A DNA stretch of 64,000 bases from Cenococcum geophilum. Taxonomy: Eukaryota. Positions 49,717 to 62,400 of this stretch are shown piece by piece (the stretch's first letter is position 1; the number at the start of each line of letters is the position of its first letter). Both the position numbers and the translations under genes were made by a program. The DNA is taken from positions 6,138,001 to 6,202,000 of the forward strand of contig CP158635.1 of assembly GCA_050273025.1 (NCBI GenBank), given 5' to 3'. Under the pieces are notes generated by a model, which was not told where the DNA came from, searched no databases, and saw only the letters and a list, made by a program, of their open reading frames with translations.

Positions 49717-50191
49717 GGATAGATCGAAGAGCAAGCGATTAGAAAACTTGGGAAATATAGAAAAATGCAATAGCGATAGGAAGATAATGTTAATAGATTA
49801 AATCCTATTATTAAGGCCATGATGGGCATATATATATGTAGGAGGTAAATTATTGGAGCAGAATATCGGCTTGAAAGACGGACTGCTGGATGCTGATTGG
49901 TTATTCACAACTGCTTACAAGATCGTCAGGACAACGGCTCTCTCCGGTTTTCCAAAGGTCTGCCGTCGGGTTGTCCAATCAGAGATTCCCAGTCCGTCGC
50001 CGGATCCGCACACCACTGCAGCCACGCTTGGCATGGGCTGGCATCTAGACTCAAATCGGCCATGCGATTTCGCCCGTTGCTCATAACGCAAAAAGTAGCG
50101 CCTGTGCTGCAAACGTTTCCTTATCCCACAACAATAGGTATCCTAAGTTGCTTGCATCCCGCCACCTCAGACATCAATTGCCTCTTTCATC

Positions 50192-51058
50192 ATGGGCAGA
50201 AAACCGGTATCTCGCCAGAAGACGAACACTGAACGTGCTTCCCGAGTGAGAGACAACAAACGCCGACATCGTGCTCGCCAGAAAGAGTATATTTTAGACC
50301 TTAAGCGCAGAGTGGCGGAGACACGCGAGCAGGGAGTTTATGCGATGAAAGAAGTGCAGCTTGCCGCCCAGAGAGTCACGCGAGAGAATGCAAAGCTGAG
50401 AGACTTGCTCAGAAGGACAGGATATACTGACGACACCATTAATGCTTGGGTAAGGGAGGATAGATGCTTATATGGCGCGGAGCGCCATCAGCTCGTGTTA
50501 GAATTAACGTCGGAGAAGAGTGTGCAGAAAGTGGTATCAGCCTATAAGTCACAGAGAGAAAGGAAGCTTAAAGCTCGGAATATCAGCGTTAAGGAGGGAA
50601 AACCAGTTCTGATGAAGATGTCTGAGAGCGGAGAGTGCTTAACTAAGGTTTTTCCCCTGGTGGAATTGCGCAATAAGAAGTCGGAAGTGTTACCTACCCA
50701 AGTGTCCGCGGCTATATGCACAAAATCCTCCTCCCTACCTTAATATCCTAACAGTGCGGGAGCTCCTTGCAAACTCCTTACCTTGCTTGCGAAGAATCCA
50801 GCTACCAATATTATGTAAGTGCCGCTTTCGACAGAATCGGACAACCAACCATATAAAATTAGCAAACCCGAAGACTGCAGCTCTGATAGTATAGAGTGCT
50901 CTACTGCGTACAAGATACTTATGCAGTATGCCACTTCTGACGAAAAGATGGATAAAATTGCGGCGGCGTTAGAGAGCGGATGTACGCTATCTGCGGCAGG
51001 TGGATGCAAGGTGAAGAAAAGCGTGGTGTGGACGGTATTAGATGAAGAATACACTTAA
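50192..51058 (+). pseudogene. bZIP-like transcription factor with two in-frame TAA stops (50741, 50816)
   Basis: Basic region RVRDNKRRHRARQKEYILDLKRRV plus zipper ENAKLRDLL. ORFs 50192-50743 and 50819-51058 are in one frame, bridged by PCKLLTLLAKNP. C-terminus CSTAYKILMQYATS...LESGC...GCKV. Confidence 0.82.
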
Positions 51059-52238
51059 CTTTATTCCATAAATGCTGTCAGGGTTGGGCCTTGTATAAAT
51101 AGCAACAATTATATAGATGATTTAATTGTTAAGAGCGTTAAGAGCTTTAAAGAATATATCCTCTGTATTATTTATTGCGGTACAAGTCCCTTGGGCTGAC
51201 TCAATCAGTGCTTAGTATAATTTACAGCGTCCGCTGGATCCTAGGCCTCTGGCATATATTCATCTATGTGTTGTATATACTCGCCTCCAGCGGTAGCCTA
51301 TCCCAGAATGCCTTCAAAAAGAACAAGACTTTGGATCTCTAAGTCATTTTGCTGCTTTAGGTAGTCGCCAAACCACGCGGCCGCTCGATTTCCATAGCTA
51401 TGAGATGTAGCTATCAATGCAATTAGTTTAGCTCCAACAAGTGATTGCCAAGCGTATAATGTTTGGTGATGTGCAGAAAACTGACTGCAATACCATATTA
51501 CAGTTTTGATGCTAACGTTTCTGAAAAGCATGTGTAGAGCCGGGAGTGCTGCGTGTAAGCTCTCTATAGGAAGATTGATGGATCCACGGATGAAGCCACC
51601 CTTGTCCTGTCAGATGAAACCAAGCCGTAAAATCGGAAGAGGGCGGTTCAAAAGTACCGTGTGATCTAATCGCCTCAAGTCAACCACAACAAAGTCTCTG
51701 CCCGGGGTTTTCCCCTAAGTGATCCATGCTAGCAGCTCTTGTCTTGATATGGTCGGGGGTGTTTTGGTTGATGGCTCAGGATACACATCATACTAACTGG
51801 TTCGCAATGCTGATCGAGGTTCTTCGGCGCTCATGGCGTATATGGGAAAGATCTATACTGAAGAAGAGAAATTGGTAAATGAGATGGTAACACACGGCTC
51901 AGCAGAGGAATGAACCGTATTTAAGTTGGACGTCCTGCAAGCTCGTAGCGTGTAGGGGAAGGTACGATTCTGTGATCAGTCACTGAAGATGCGCCATTGG
52001 TTCTTGGCCATGCACATAAGACGACATCGGCCGCAAAACCCAAACACCAAGATGCGGCAAGAATCGATAAAGATCTCATGCCTCTAGTTACTGGATCGGG
52101 CCCGCATCGGGTGGCTACCACGCTGGGCACAACGGAGAATGGAATTGCAAAATTGTATTCAACAGAAGCGGCCGACTTCAAATGAGGAATAGTTCAGCAT
52201 CGCTCTTTCGACAGAAGTTTACGAAAGTGCTAGCGCCG

Positions 52239-52454
52239 ATGGACCCTCTTAGTGCGACTAAGGGAGCGACCGCTAAAGCTGTTTCGACTCTAGACTGCAC
52301 ATTGATGGATCTGCTTGATGCCACAGCTAGCATTATTGCCATTCTTCAGCTCTCGAGCAAGGTCCTCGTTTGTTTGAACGACGTTAAGGATACTTCAAAG
52401 CATCGCGCAGAGTGTGCTATTGAGGGCTCGCCTGCTGTCTCCTTCTCAATATGA
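52239..52454 (+). pseudogene. Fragment of a fungal NACHT/STAND N-terminal (HeLo-like) domain
   Basis: MDPLSAT... followed in frame by MDLLDATASIIAILQLSSKVLVCLNDVKDTSKHRAECAIE, a typical start of NACHT-ankyrin proteins. Nothing recognisable follows. Confidence 0.6.
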
Positions 52455-53038
52455 GACAAGTTGAACCACGTGTACTGGGAGCTCGCGACGATGATTAACG
52501 TTGGAGTTTGCTGAAGAACGTATAGTAGACCACTGAGATATTAGCAGCTGCTCGGTGCTGAAGAACGACTGACTTGGCGACTTAGCTGCCGAGGTCGGCC
52601 CGAGAAACCAAAGGCTGCTCGTCGTTCGGCTTGACGCGGTTACTAAGTCAACTAAACTATGCCGAAACCCCCAAACCCCAAACAGTCCACGAGATGGCCA
52701 CCATTTAACTTCGGGATGCAGCTGTCAGATAATCTGTATTCTCGGTGGCGTAGGACATGCACTGGTCACGTGCACGGGTCACGTGTATTGTAAATATCTT
52801 CGTCTAAGCCCAGGGGCCCTATATTAAGACACCATTAAGATTATTAATCAATCAACCCATTTTATTAATGAATAGCTCTATATGAACTATCTGATAGTTA
52901 TAAGCCTGGTTCGCCGACATAAGAAGCTATTCAGCTATTACTTAATTATTTGAAGAAATTCTACCTTATTGTTAGACTCTGACACCTCATTGTTATAAGA
53001 CGACCCTAATTGAAATCCTACCTTAATTGTTACAGGAC

Positions 53039-53172
53039 GAGATTCCATGAGATTCCATGAGATTCCATGAGATTCTATGAGATTCCACCTTAATCGTCAA
53101 AGGACGATTCTGACGATAAGGACGATCCTGATAATAAGGACGATCCTAATGACAAGGACGATTCTGTCGACA
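53039..53172 (+). repeat. Minisatellites in the Copia leader: (GAGATTCCAT)x~5 and an 18-bp unit (AAGGACGATYCTRAYRAY)x~4
   Basis: Read directly from the sequence. Confidence 0.85.
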
Positions 53173-56100
53173 AAATACTATCTTAATTCCTTCTTTGCCT
53201 ATTAGTTAAATGACTCTACTGAGGTTAAGTTCGTCTACCATAATTATCCTTAATAAGCTAGAAGACTGGGAGTAATGGATCTGGCAACTATAAGCCCTTA
53301 TAGATAAATGAATTTGGGCCCACGTTAACCTAGACAAGGAAGTACCTTAACGAGGTTTACTATAAGAACTAGTTTATCTAGAAGTTATAGATTTTAACGA
53401 GAATGCAACCTTATATGTATAGCTCTTAACGAATTAATAAAGGGTGTATGAGAATAGTAGACGATACTACGACAAGGATATAAAGTATTTCCTAAAATAA
53501 GAAGAGTACCTTTAACAGATCCGCACCTAAATTACGTCTATAGTATTGATTTAGAAGAAGCTACTACTTAACCCTTCCTTAATAGTTAAAGAATGGCTAT
53601 CTTAACTAAAGGAGAATATAGAACCTACGTTATTATTTATTAGGAAGAAGTTATAACACTAATATACGGAAGCCCTTAAGGGGTTTAAATACTTATTAAA
53701 ATTAAATTAGTGGTTAGATTAATGGGAATATATAATAGTACTAGGAGAGAACTATAAGATTCCTTAAATATCCGATAGAATCTAGCTATAAGAATTAGTA
53801 GAAGTTATTTAACCTTTTAGCGACGCCTATTATATAAAGTATACTATTAAGTTAAATAACCCTTAGAAGTTAAGATCTTCTAAATACTATAGAGTAGTAA
53901 AGGAGCTGTAAAAAGGACTTAGAATACCCTTAAAGAAAGCTAATACTACTATAAGAGGGAGTACCTTTAATGTAGACTTTATAGAGTAAGCTATAATGGA
54001 TTACTCTAATACTACTAAAAGTCTAGGGAAAAGAACCTTAGTATGTACTAGACGCTTAAAGAGAGCCAAGTCACTAGTAGATAAGGAGATATTTTATAAG
54101 AAGCTACTACTAATGTGCTTAGCGTATAAGAAACGAGGATATTCCCTTTAAGACTATTAGTATTTATTTAAAGACAAGAGACCCGAAGGAGTTATAATTA
54201 AAAATGCTCGCATTAAAAGGGTACTAAAGAAGGTAGAAAAGAATAAGGATCTCACTAACTAAGTTATAAAGATTAGACTTAAAGAATAAAAAGATAAGGC
54301 TTAATAACGATAGGATAAGAGCTAGGAGATAGTTAAGATTAAGAAAGAAGCTAATGCGATATTTCTAGAATCGTTTTATACCGGTTAACCTTATCTACTA
54401 AAGCTATTAACTATTCTTAATTCTAGAACCACTCTTTATATCTTTAATAACCTCTCTTGTTTTTATAACTTTAGGAAAGCTTTAAAATATAAATACGTTA
54501 TTACCGGCAGCTTAGAAGCGCCTATACTAGGTTATAGTAACGATACTATCTAAGTTATAAAACTAGATAAGAGTAAGGGAATACTATATCTTAAGGACGT
54601 TGCCTTTTATATAGACTTTAATATAAATCTAGTATCGTTTCGTCTACTTTAAAATTAAGGGTACTATTAGGATAATAAAGAAGATAATAATCTTCTAGTT
54701 TGGAAGGATAATACAATCCTATATTAAATGGAAGAACGTTACGGATAATAGACTATTAAGTATATACAACTAGAAAGCCTATTAGCGTTTAATATAAGCT
54801 AACTACTACGCCGTTAATAGAAGCGTAGAGTATTATTAAGAGATATTCGTCTAAATGCGAAAGGTAATATATAACTATAGCATCTATATCTAAGTTATCT
54901 AGGACCTATAAGCCTTTATTATTTAGGTGTTAACGCCCTAAGAGTTAAGCTTTAAGGCCCTAAGATAATAGAATATTAATACTATAGCCTCGCTAAAATT
55001 AAGCGTTAGGTCTTATAAAGGTTCTTAAAATAAAAAATTAATAAACCCTATTTTAACCTCTATATTAACTAAACTAACCTTAAGGAAGCGTATGCCGGAT
55101 TTATATAAGTTATACTTATCTACAATACTTTCTTAGGAAGATCCTTTCCGTATTTTATAACAACATATAATAAGGAGAAGAAGATACTATAAGTGCTTAA
55201 AGATTTCATCTAGTGAATTTGTCTAAGGTATAACCTTAAAGTTAATACTATTAGATTAGACAATAAGCTAGGGAAAAGGAGAACCCTTAAATAGCTACGG
55301 ACTTAAGGGATTATATTTAAGCCTTTAGCGCCATATACCTAAGCTTAGAACAGTACCGCCAAACGCTTAGGGGTTATAATTATTAACAGAGCATAAGTAA
55401 TAAGAATTGCTACTAATCTACTACATAATTTATGGAACGAGATAGTTAACTATATAGTTTACCTTTGAGATTAAACGCCACGGGAAAGTAATAGATGGAA
55501 ATTGCTATATAAGAGGTTCTATATCTTCCTAGCTAATAGGAGATTAAAAAAACTATAACTGGCGTACCTAAAAGCCTATAGCTATAGGGCGTACGCGATA
55601 ACGTCGAACGCCTAGCTAAAGAAGAAAAGGCTAAGTAAATTAGATTTATAAGCCTATATTAGCTACCTTATTAGCTATAACTTTACTAATATCTATAGGA
55701 TCTAGATCCCATATAAGGGTATCATTATCTCTACTAGGGACGTTATCTTTAATAAAAAGACGTTCTTTAATGGCAAGTAAATAGATATCTTAAAGGACCT
55801 ATACGCTGAATTAAACACGCTAATTAAGAAGGTTTAACTCCCCAATAACCAGACTAAGAATAAGGTCCTTCTAGAAAACAATAAAGAAGTATTTAAACTA
55901 TTAATTTAAGAGGAAGATAATAACGTTAATAAGCTAGTATAAACCTTTAATAAGTTAGCAGACCTTAAGCTTGTAAGAGCTCTTAAAGATATATATTATA
56001 CGCCACCTCTAACAGAAGAAGACAAAGAATCTCTATATACCTTTTATGTTAAGTATCTAATAAAGTTAAATATATAAGATTAAGACGTCGCTTAACGAGC

Positions 56101-57241
56101 TAGAGACGGGTTTAATACTTAGGGGGTGTTTAACAACTTAGTTAAAGACTTGTTTAAGAAAGCTAGCGATAATAGGTTTAAAGACTTTATTAAAGAAAAG
56201 ATTACCTTAACCTATTAAGGCGCCTTCTTAGTAGGAAGGAAGTTTAACCTTAATAGTTAACTTAAGGATAGTTGGCTGAAATTAGGTAGAATACGTAATA
56301 TTAGATTATAAAGGAAAAACTTACCTCCCCTACCTTAGTTAATCCGCGACCTTAATATACATCCTCTTTAAGATTATTTCTAAGAGGCTTAACGAGCTTA
56401 CCTCTAATCTTATTATTAAATAAGGTTATTTTAAGAAATAAATAGGAAGCACGTAAAGGGATAGTAGATCCTTAGCTTAATATAGGTGTTTGTCTATAAG
56501 ATAGACAAGCACAGATTCCTCTAGAAATGTAAGGTACGCTTAATAGTATATAGAAATTAATAGGCCCTAGGAGACCTACCTATAAGAGCTACTATATTAG
56601 TAAGTACGACCTTTTAGACCCTAATGGCGATTACCGTAAAATTTAACTTAGAGACGATATAGATAGATATAGTTAACGCGTTTATCTATTGCGATCTTAA
56701 TGAGGTTATCTATATAAAGCTACTTCTAGGGTTTAATAAAGGAAAGACAGATAAAGTACTGTGCTTAAAAAAAGCCCTTTATGGACTACGACGATCCCCT
56801 CTATTATAGTAAAAGAATCTCACAAGCTTATTAAACGAATTAGGTTTTAAAGAGGTTCCTTAAAAGCCGTACGTTATGCTAAAAGGTAAAATAGTTATCT
56901 TCTTCTACGCTAATGATATTGTCTTTTGCTACTAAAAGACAGACGAGAAGAAAGCTTAAGAAGTAATTAAGGAGCTAAGTAGGGAATACTAGATAAGTAC
57001 CCTTAGCGAGCTAAAATAGTTCCTAAAAATCTATATACTATATAATTATAGCTAGAGGCTCCTATAGCTATCCTAGGAAGCCTATATTAAGAAGATAGCT
57101 AATTAGTATAAGATAGATCTTAAAGGGCGTCTTCTAGATACTTCTATGGTAGAATTAAAACTCCTCCCTACTGCTTACTAATTAATCCGTTTAATATGTC
57201 CGTCCCTTAATATAGACCATTAGTTCGTCCTATATCCCTAC

Positions 57242-59486
57242 TGTTAGGAATGAGGTAAGCGGTCGTTACGTGACGCCGCGGCACTAGCGTGGCGAGGAGT
57301 CTTAAGCTCCTTGCCCTTCCTTATTCCAATCAATAAGCTTTATTAACTAACATTACTATAACCTACTTGAGTAGTTGTTATTGGTGAGTTACCCTATATA
57401 ACTAATACTGATTAGTGGTTGAATATACAGTTAACTATAGAGCAGCTAGGTTTTTAAATAGAAGAGATAGTCTTATATAGGGGTGCCATATGCGCTTATA
57501 TGGAATGGATTCCGGCGATACTATGCTACCTTAGACTTGTGGAAAACTAGTAATAGAAGTGTTACTGAGTACTAGGAGATACCAAGTTACATCTATTACG
57601 TAGAACAACCGCGTTTACGAAGATTTGGTTGAGTACTTTAGGTTAGAAGTATTACTAAACCTATGGTCCCAAGTTAACGTCCAAAACGCGTTGACTACAT
57701 CTTAAATTGCCTACCTTTTGATAGCGAACCTATGAGATTCTACAAAACCGAAATTCTACCTACCTTTGACGTACGACACCCCGTTGATTCTATACCTACT
57801 ATGGCATTAACCTACCCTAAGAAGTACGAGAACGATATTAACCTAGAGATATAGAACAGAGACATTAACCCTATAACCGCTAAGCAACAGGACCTAAACG
57901 GATTCCTATTATACCGCATGGTATACTATAAAGACAGCGAATACGAGGATACTATGCTATGGTATTGCATAAAGGAGGACTTCGTTAGATGGACAAAGGA
58001 AACATAGGCTCTCGCGAAGAAGGTTATCGTATAAGACTTCCGTAACTTCCTTTAGGAGAATAGAGTATTTGTCCCTATAGATGGGGGCATTATTAGAGAT
58101 AATATTTAGGAGCATGTTATTAACGCAGAAGAAAAGCACGAATGGACTCTATAAGAGATTAAGCACTAGAAAAAGCTTAGCTTACGCTGGAATCTAAGCA
58201 ATACACCACTAGAGACGCTTTAGCCTCCGTAAGAATCTCTATAAGAATCTTTGTAGTAATGTCCGCAATAATATCCGCAGTAATATCCGCAGTAATATCC
58301 GCAGCAATATCCGCAGCAATATTAGCAGCAATATTAGCAGCAATCTCCGCAGCAACTACTATAGACAACCTTAGGCTATTAAACACCTTAAGTTCCTTAG
58401 GCTGCCGCATCCTAACCCGTGCCTTAAGCTGCCGTATCTTAACCCGTGCCTTAAGCTGCCGTATCTTAACCTATGCCTTAAGCTCCGTCCCGCCAGCAAG
58501 CTCGACAAGAACCTCCGCAAAAACCTCCGTAACAGCCTCCGTAGTAACCTCCGTAATAACCTCCGTAATAACCTCCGGAATAACCCAGATCTGTAAATAG
58601 CATCTTTAATCGGCAGCAATAGTTATCTATTCCTCCACAAATATTTAACAAGCTTTAGAAGATTTAGTGTAGAGGGGAATTCTAAAACACCTGTGGTTCC
58701 TAAGGTAGCTATAGAGGTGGCTACTAGCGTGATTTAGATAGGAAGTTCTCGTGGAGGGTACTGTAAAAAGAGAATAATATAAGGGGGAAGCGGTTGGAAC
58801 GGCATAGTTACGCTAGCAACGCCATAAGCATAAAGAAAGAACTGCTAGTATCTGCGGTAGTTACGAACCCGATAACTATTGTAACTAATATACCTGCGAA
58901 CCAACCCTATGATAAAACTCCGTGCCGATTTACCTACGGAACCGACCCTGTGCTGATACCGTACTGCCACCCAAACGACCTGTCGCTGGCACCGTACTGC
59001 TATTATAATAGACCCTTACTGCCCTGCCTGTAGTTAACTAACCCTTGCTACTTTATTAGTAGCTAACCGACCGATAGACAAGCTCTATAATTTTCTACTA
59101 TTTCTATCTATTACGTAACGAGCTAAGGCTATCTATAAGGCAATTTAAGGTTATAACAGTTTAAGATTTACTACTTGGTTAACCACCATTTCTTTAGGCA
59201 AATTTTAGGGCAGCGAGACTTATATTATAATGGCAATAGTAAGTAAAGAGGATTTATATTTGCTACGCTAGTTAAGCAGTATTTATATATAGATAGTAAC
59301 CATAAAAGAAGAGTTGCCAGTGTTAGGAATAAGGCAAGCGGTCGTCACGTGACGCCGCGGCACTAGCGTGGCGAGGAGTCTTAAGCTCCTCGCCCTTCCT
59401 CATTCCAATTAATAAGCTTTATTAACCAACATCACTGTAACCTACTCGAGTAGTCGTTATTGGTGAGTCACCCTGTGTGACCAACA
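57242..59486 (+). mobile_element. Non-autonomous gag-only LTR element (2245 bp) sharing LTRs with the Copia at 27874-33927
   Basis: 166-bp LTRs 57242-57407 and 59321-59486, TSD CCTAC, CTGATTAGT after the 5' LTR. gag start MALTYPKKYE at 57801 is homologous to 33389. No pol sequence. Confidence 0.93.
58259..58585 (+). repeat. Tandem repeats (12-, 27- and 12-bp units) in frame with gag
   Basis: (CCGCAGYAATAT)n, (TAACCCGTGCCTTAAGCTGCCGTATCT)n and (CCTCCGTAATAA)n. Confidence 0.9.
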
Positions 59487-60594
59487 CCTACTAGCTTTTA
59501 CGATGCTATATTAGAGAAAAATGGGTTTAGTACTTTATATAGCCACTATAACACGTCTAGATATTGCTTTTGCAGTATTATAGCTAGTAAGGTTTAATTA
59601 GAACCTAAGCTATAAGTACTATTAAGCGGCAGATAGAGTAATCTAGTACCTATATAGTATAAGGAGTAGAGTAATCTACTATAGCGGAGATAAGAAAGGA
59701 ATAAACGGTAGAGGAAGAGATAAAAGAATACGTGACAAAGGACGAGATAATAGAGGAGACGGTAGAAGTAAAGCGCAATTATTTATCTATGCTAGCGACG
59801 TATTATTTACAGACAACTTTATTAATAGAAAGAGCTTATAAGGATATATTATAAAGCTATTTAGGGGACTAATCGCCTAGAGAGTAAATAAGTAGGGTAT
59901 TATTATAACGTTAAGTATAAAAGCTAAGTTATTAGCCCTATTACAGATAGTAAAGAAAGCTATCTTTATTAGTAGGCTATTTAAAGTAATAACGTTATAC
60001 CTAAACGAGCCCTTAATTATTAACTGTAATAACGTCTAGATACTCTAACTAATTATAAAAGATATAGTAAAGCTAATTATAAAGCTCCAATACGTTAATA
60101 TTTATTAATACTGGTTGCGTTAAGAATACGTAATAAGACGAGTGCTATTATAGTAGAAAGTAATAAAGGAGATAATTGCTAATGGATTTATAAAGGCCCT
60201 GCCTAAGTAGAGGTTTAAAAGCTTTATTAATATAATTGGAATAGTGGATATTAAGGAGTGGCTAAATAAGGAGAAGCAACTAGAGGACCTAAGGGAGAAG
60301 GTTAGGGCGAGAAGGAAGGATTTAGATAAGATTACGGTTTAATTAACGTATAAACGGACACGAGAAGGTGGCTAGCTTTGTTCTTAACTAGGTCAAAGCT
60401 AAGGGGGTATGTTAGATAATCTGTATTCTTAGTAGCGTAGGATATGTACTAGTTACGTGTACGGGTTATATATATTATAAATATCTTCGTCTAAGCCCAG
60501 GGGCCCTATATTAAGACACTATTAAGATTATTAATTAATTAACCCATTTTATTAATGAATAGCTCTATATAAACTATCTAATAGTAGCCTATCT

Positions 60595-62400
60595 CATACT
60601 ATAATATATAGCTATGTTTATATCGCAGCCTCCTCTAAAAAAAATCTTAGTATATTATACCGCCTTTAACGCCTCCGCCAACTAACGAGAAAGCCTTTAC
60701 CTAAGCTCCCTAAGTTATCGCTCTTCTTAGAGACACAACAATTAAAATCCATAGATATCCTTTTAGCTTGCATAATAAGATAAAGCGTCGGCTTAGGTAA
60801 GATAAGTCGCTATTTAGGTTTATTAAGGACAAGATATAGTATATAGCCTCTAGCGGGGAAGAGGTACTAGCTAATAATGCTAGTTAGATAAATATAACTA
60901 TAATAGTAGGAGGAATTAACTTGTTATTTATATGCCTACTTAGCTGCACTAAAGTAGAGCGCTTTTAAACTTCTGTATAAATAAAGGCTTTATAGCAATA
61001 GGTAGAAGAGCTAGATAAAGGGCGGTATCTAGAGCGTATATATTTATTATCTCGCTGCTAAATTGGTAGTTTATACTATACGAGCTTACTTAAAGTCATA
61101 TTTTAGGCGCTATTCTCTTAGTAAAGGTATCTACAGCGAAAATATCCTCTTAGGATGCCCCACTAAGCCTATAGTAGAATATCCCCTACTTTATTTTATT
61201 TATAGAATACTATTACTTTTACTACATTTTGGATATTAACTTATAGGTAGCATTACTAAATATTAATATCTAAGATATAAAAGAATTTATATTTACCGGT
61301 TAGTAATACCTATAAGGCTACTACTTAATATTTTAAAGCCTTACCGTAGGCACCTTAAAATAAAATAGTTTAAATATCTAAGTACATTTTCTTACTATAT
61401 ATAGCTGTTTTTATGCATCTTTACTACTAATATATTTACATTAATATATATAAATCTAGCCTTATTTAAGTAGAAATAAGTATTAATATTTTATATACCT
61501 ACTAAAGTCTACTTTCCTTAGCTCTGTTCTATACTAACAGCTTTAAAAAATATTACTCTATAAAAGGCTATAAAACTATAAATTCCTATAAAAGAAGATC
61601 TGGCATTCTACCTTAAATTTATAAGATTATTTCTTACTATCTATAAAAAGTAGCCAACTCGTCTCTAAAGGTATACTATATATATTTAGGAAATACTCTT
61701 ATATAGTTACGGCTACTTTTACTCTAATAAGTGCACGTATAAGTATAATATAGCTAGATAAAACAGTATATAGTATATAAAAAATAATTTAAATAATATC
61801 TAGAATATAAGGATATTATAAAGTATATATGACTATAACCTAGAGTATAGGACGCCGGAATTAATAGAATAAGCCTTTTAAAGTTGGAAATACCTAATAT
61901 AATACTCTTTATTTATAGTTATAAATATAGCTAAGTTAAATAAAAACTTAGTCTCTTCCTAAATTCCTCTAGCCTTAGATAGAAAAACTTAAAAAATATT
62001 ATTTCTTAACTCTATCTCTTAAATTACTATATATCTGTAATTAACGCTTTATTATATTATTCTAGCTAATATCTTCTGCCTCTAATAGATATTTCCCTTT
62101 CTTAGGCTTTAAACGGTTTTTTTAACTTAGTATTATTAGCCGAATGTCTATTAAAGAAGCCGTTAATTAAGAGTACTTATAGTAGCTTTAAATTCTTACT
62201 AGATATCCTAGGAGGTACTAGCGTTTACTATTTATATATAAATTAGGTAATTTCTAGGTCTATATCCGCACTAGTCTTTAATATATCTAAAAGAAACCTC
62301 TACCTTTGGTTAGTATTTATAGATTACTTTTAGTTGGTTATTAATACGCCCTAAGAGTTTCGTATCTTTAAGAGTATATACTATAAGTATGCCACTTTAG
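60595..62400 (-). pseudogene. RIP-degraded host-like gene of unknown function
   Basis: Long protein-like frame broken mainly by TAA/TAG (GIFYYRLSGAS*EDIFAVDTF...GYLWILIVVSLREER*LRELR*RLSR*LAEAL). Intron-like GTAAG...TTTTAAG at ~61395-61355. No TE motifs seen. Limits approximate. Confidence 0.45.

Larger units (their letters stand above)
52723..60583 (+). mobile_element. Ty1/Copia LTR retrotransposon (second family), full length, RIP-degraded, with nested element
   Basis: 174-bp LTRs 52723-52896 and 60410-60583, TSD GCAGC/GTAGC, PBS-like GTTATAAGCC, PPT AAGGGGGTA. Relics of PR ILDSGTT (~54415), GAG-pre-integrase WH..LGH (~54880), IN QNGxAER (~55345), RT ALYGLRRSP (~56775) and RH IADGFTK (~60175). 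Confidence 0.95.

Noticed and set aside
51298..51531. Minus-strand ORF with SHSYG...SLVLFEG, reminiscent of an alpha/beta-hydrolase or S10 peptidase fragment
   Set aside because: Too short and weak to call without a profile search.
53039..53172. Short regular repeats resembling a CRISPR array
   Set aside because: Head-to-tail minisatellites without unique spacers, inside a fungal Copia leader.
58177..58619. ORFs with AAIS, ADI and LRR-like periodicity
   Set aside because: These are alternative frames of the tandem repeats. The gag frame reads Gln/Pro repeats with RIP stops; this is not a leucine-rich repeat protein.
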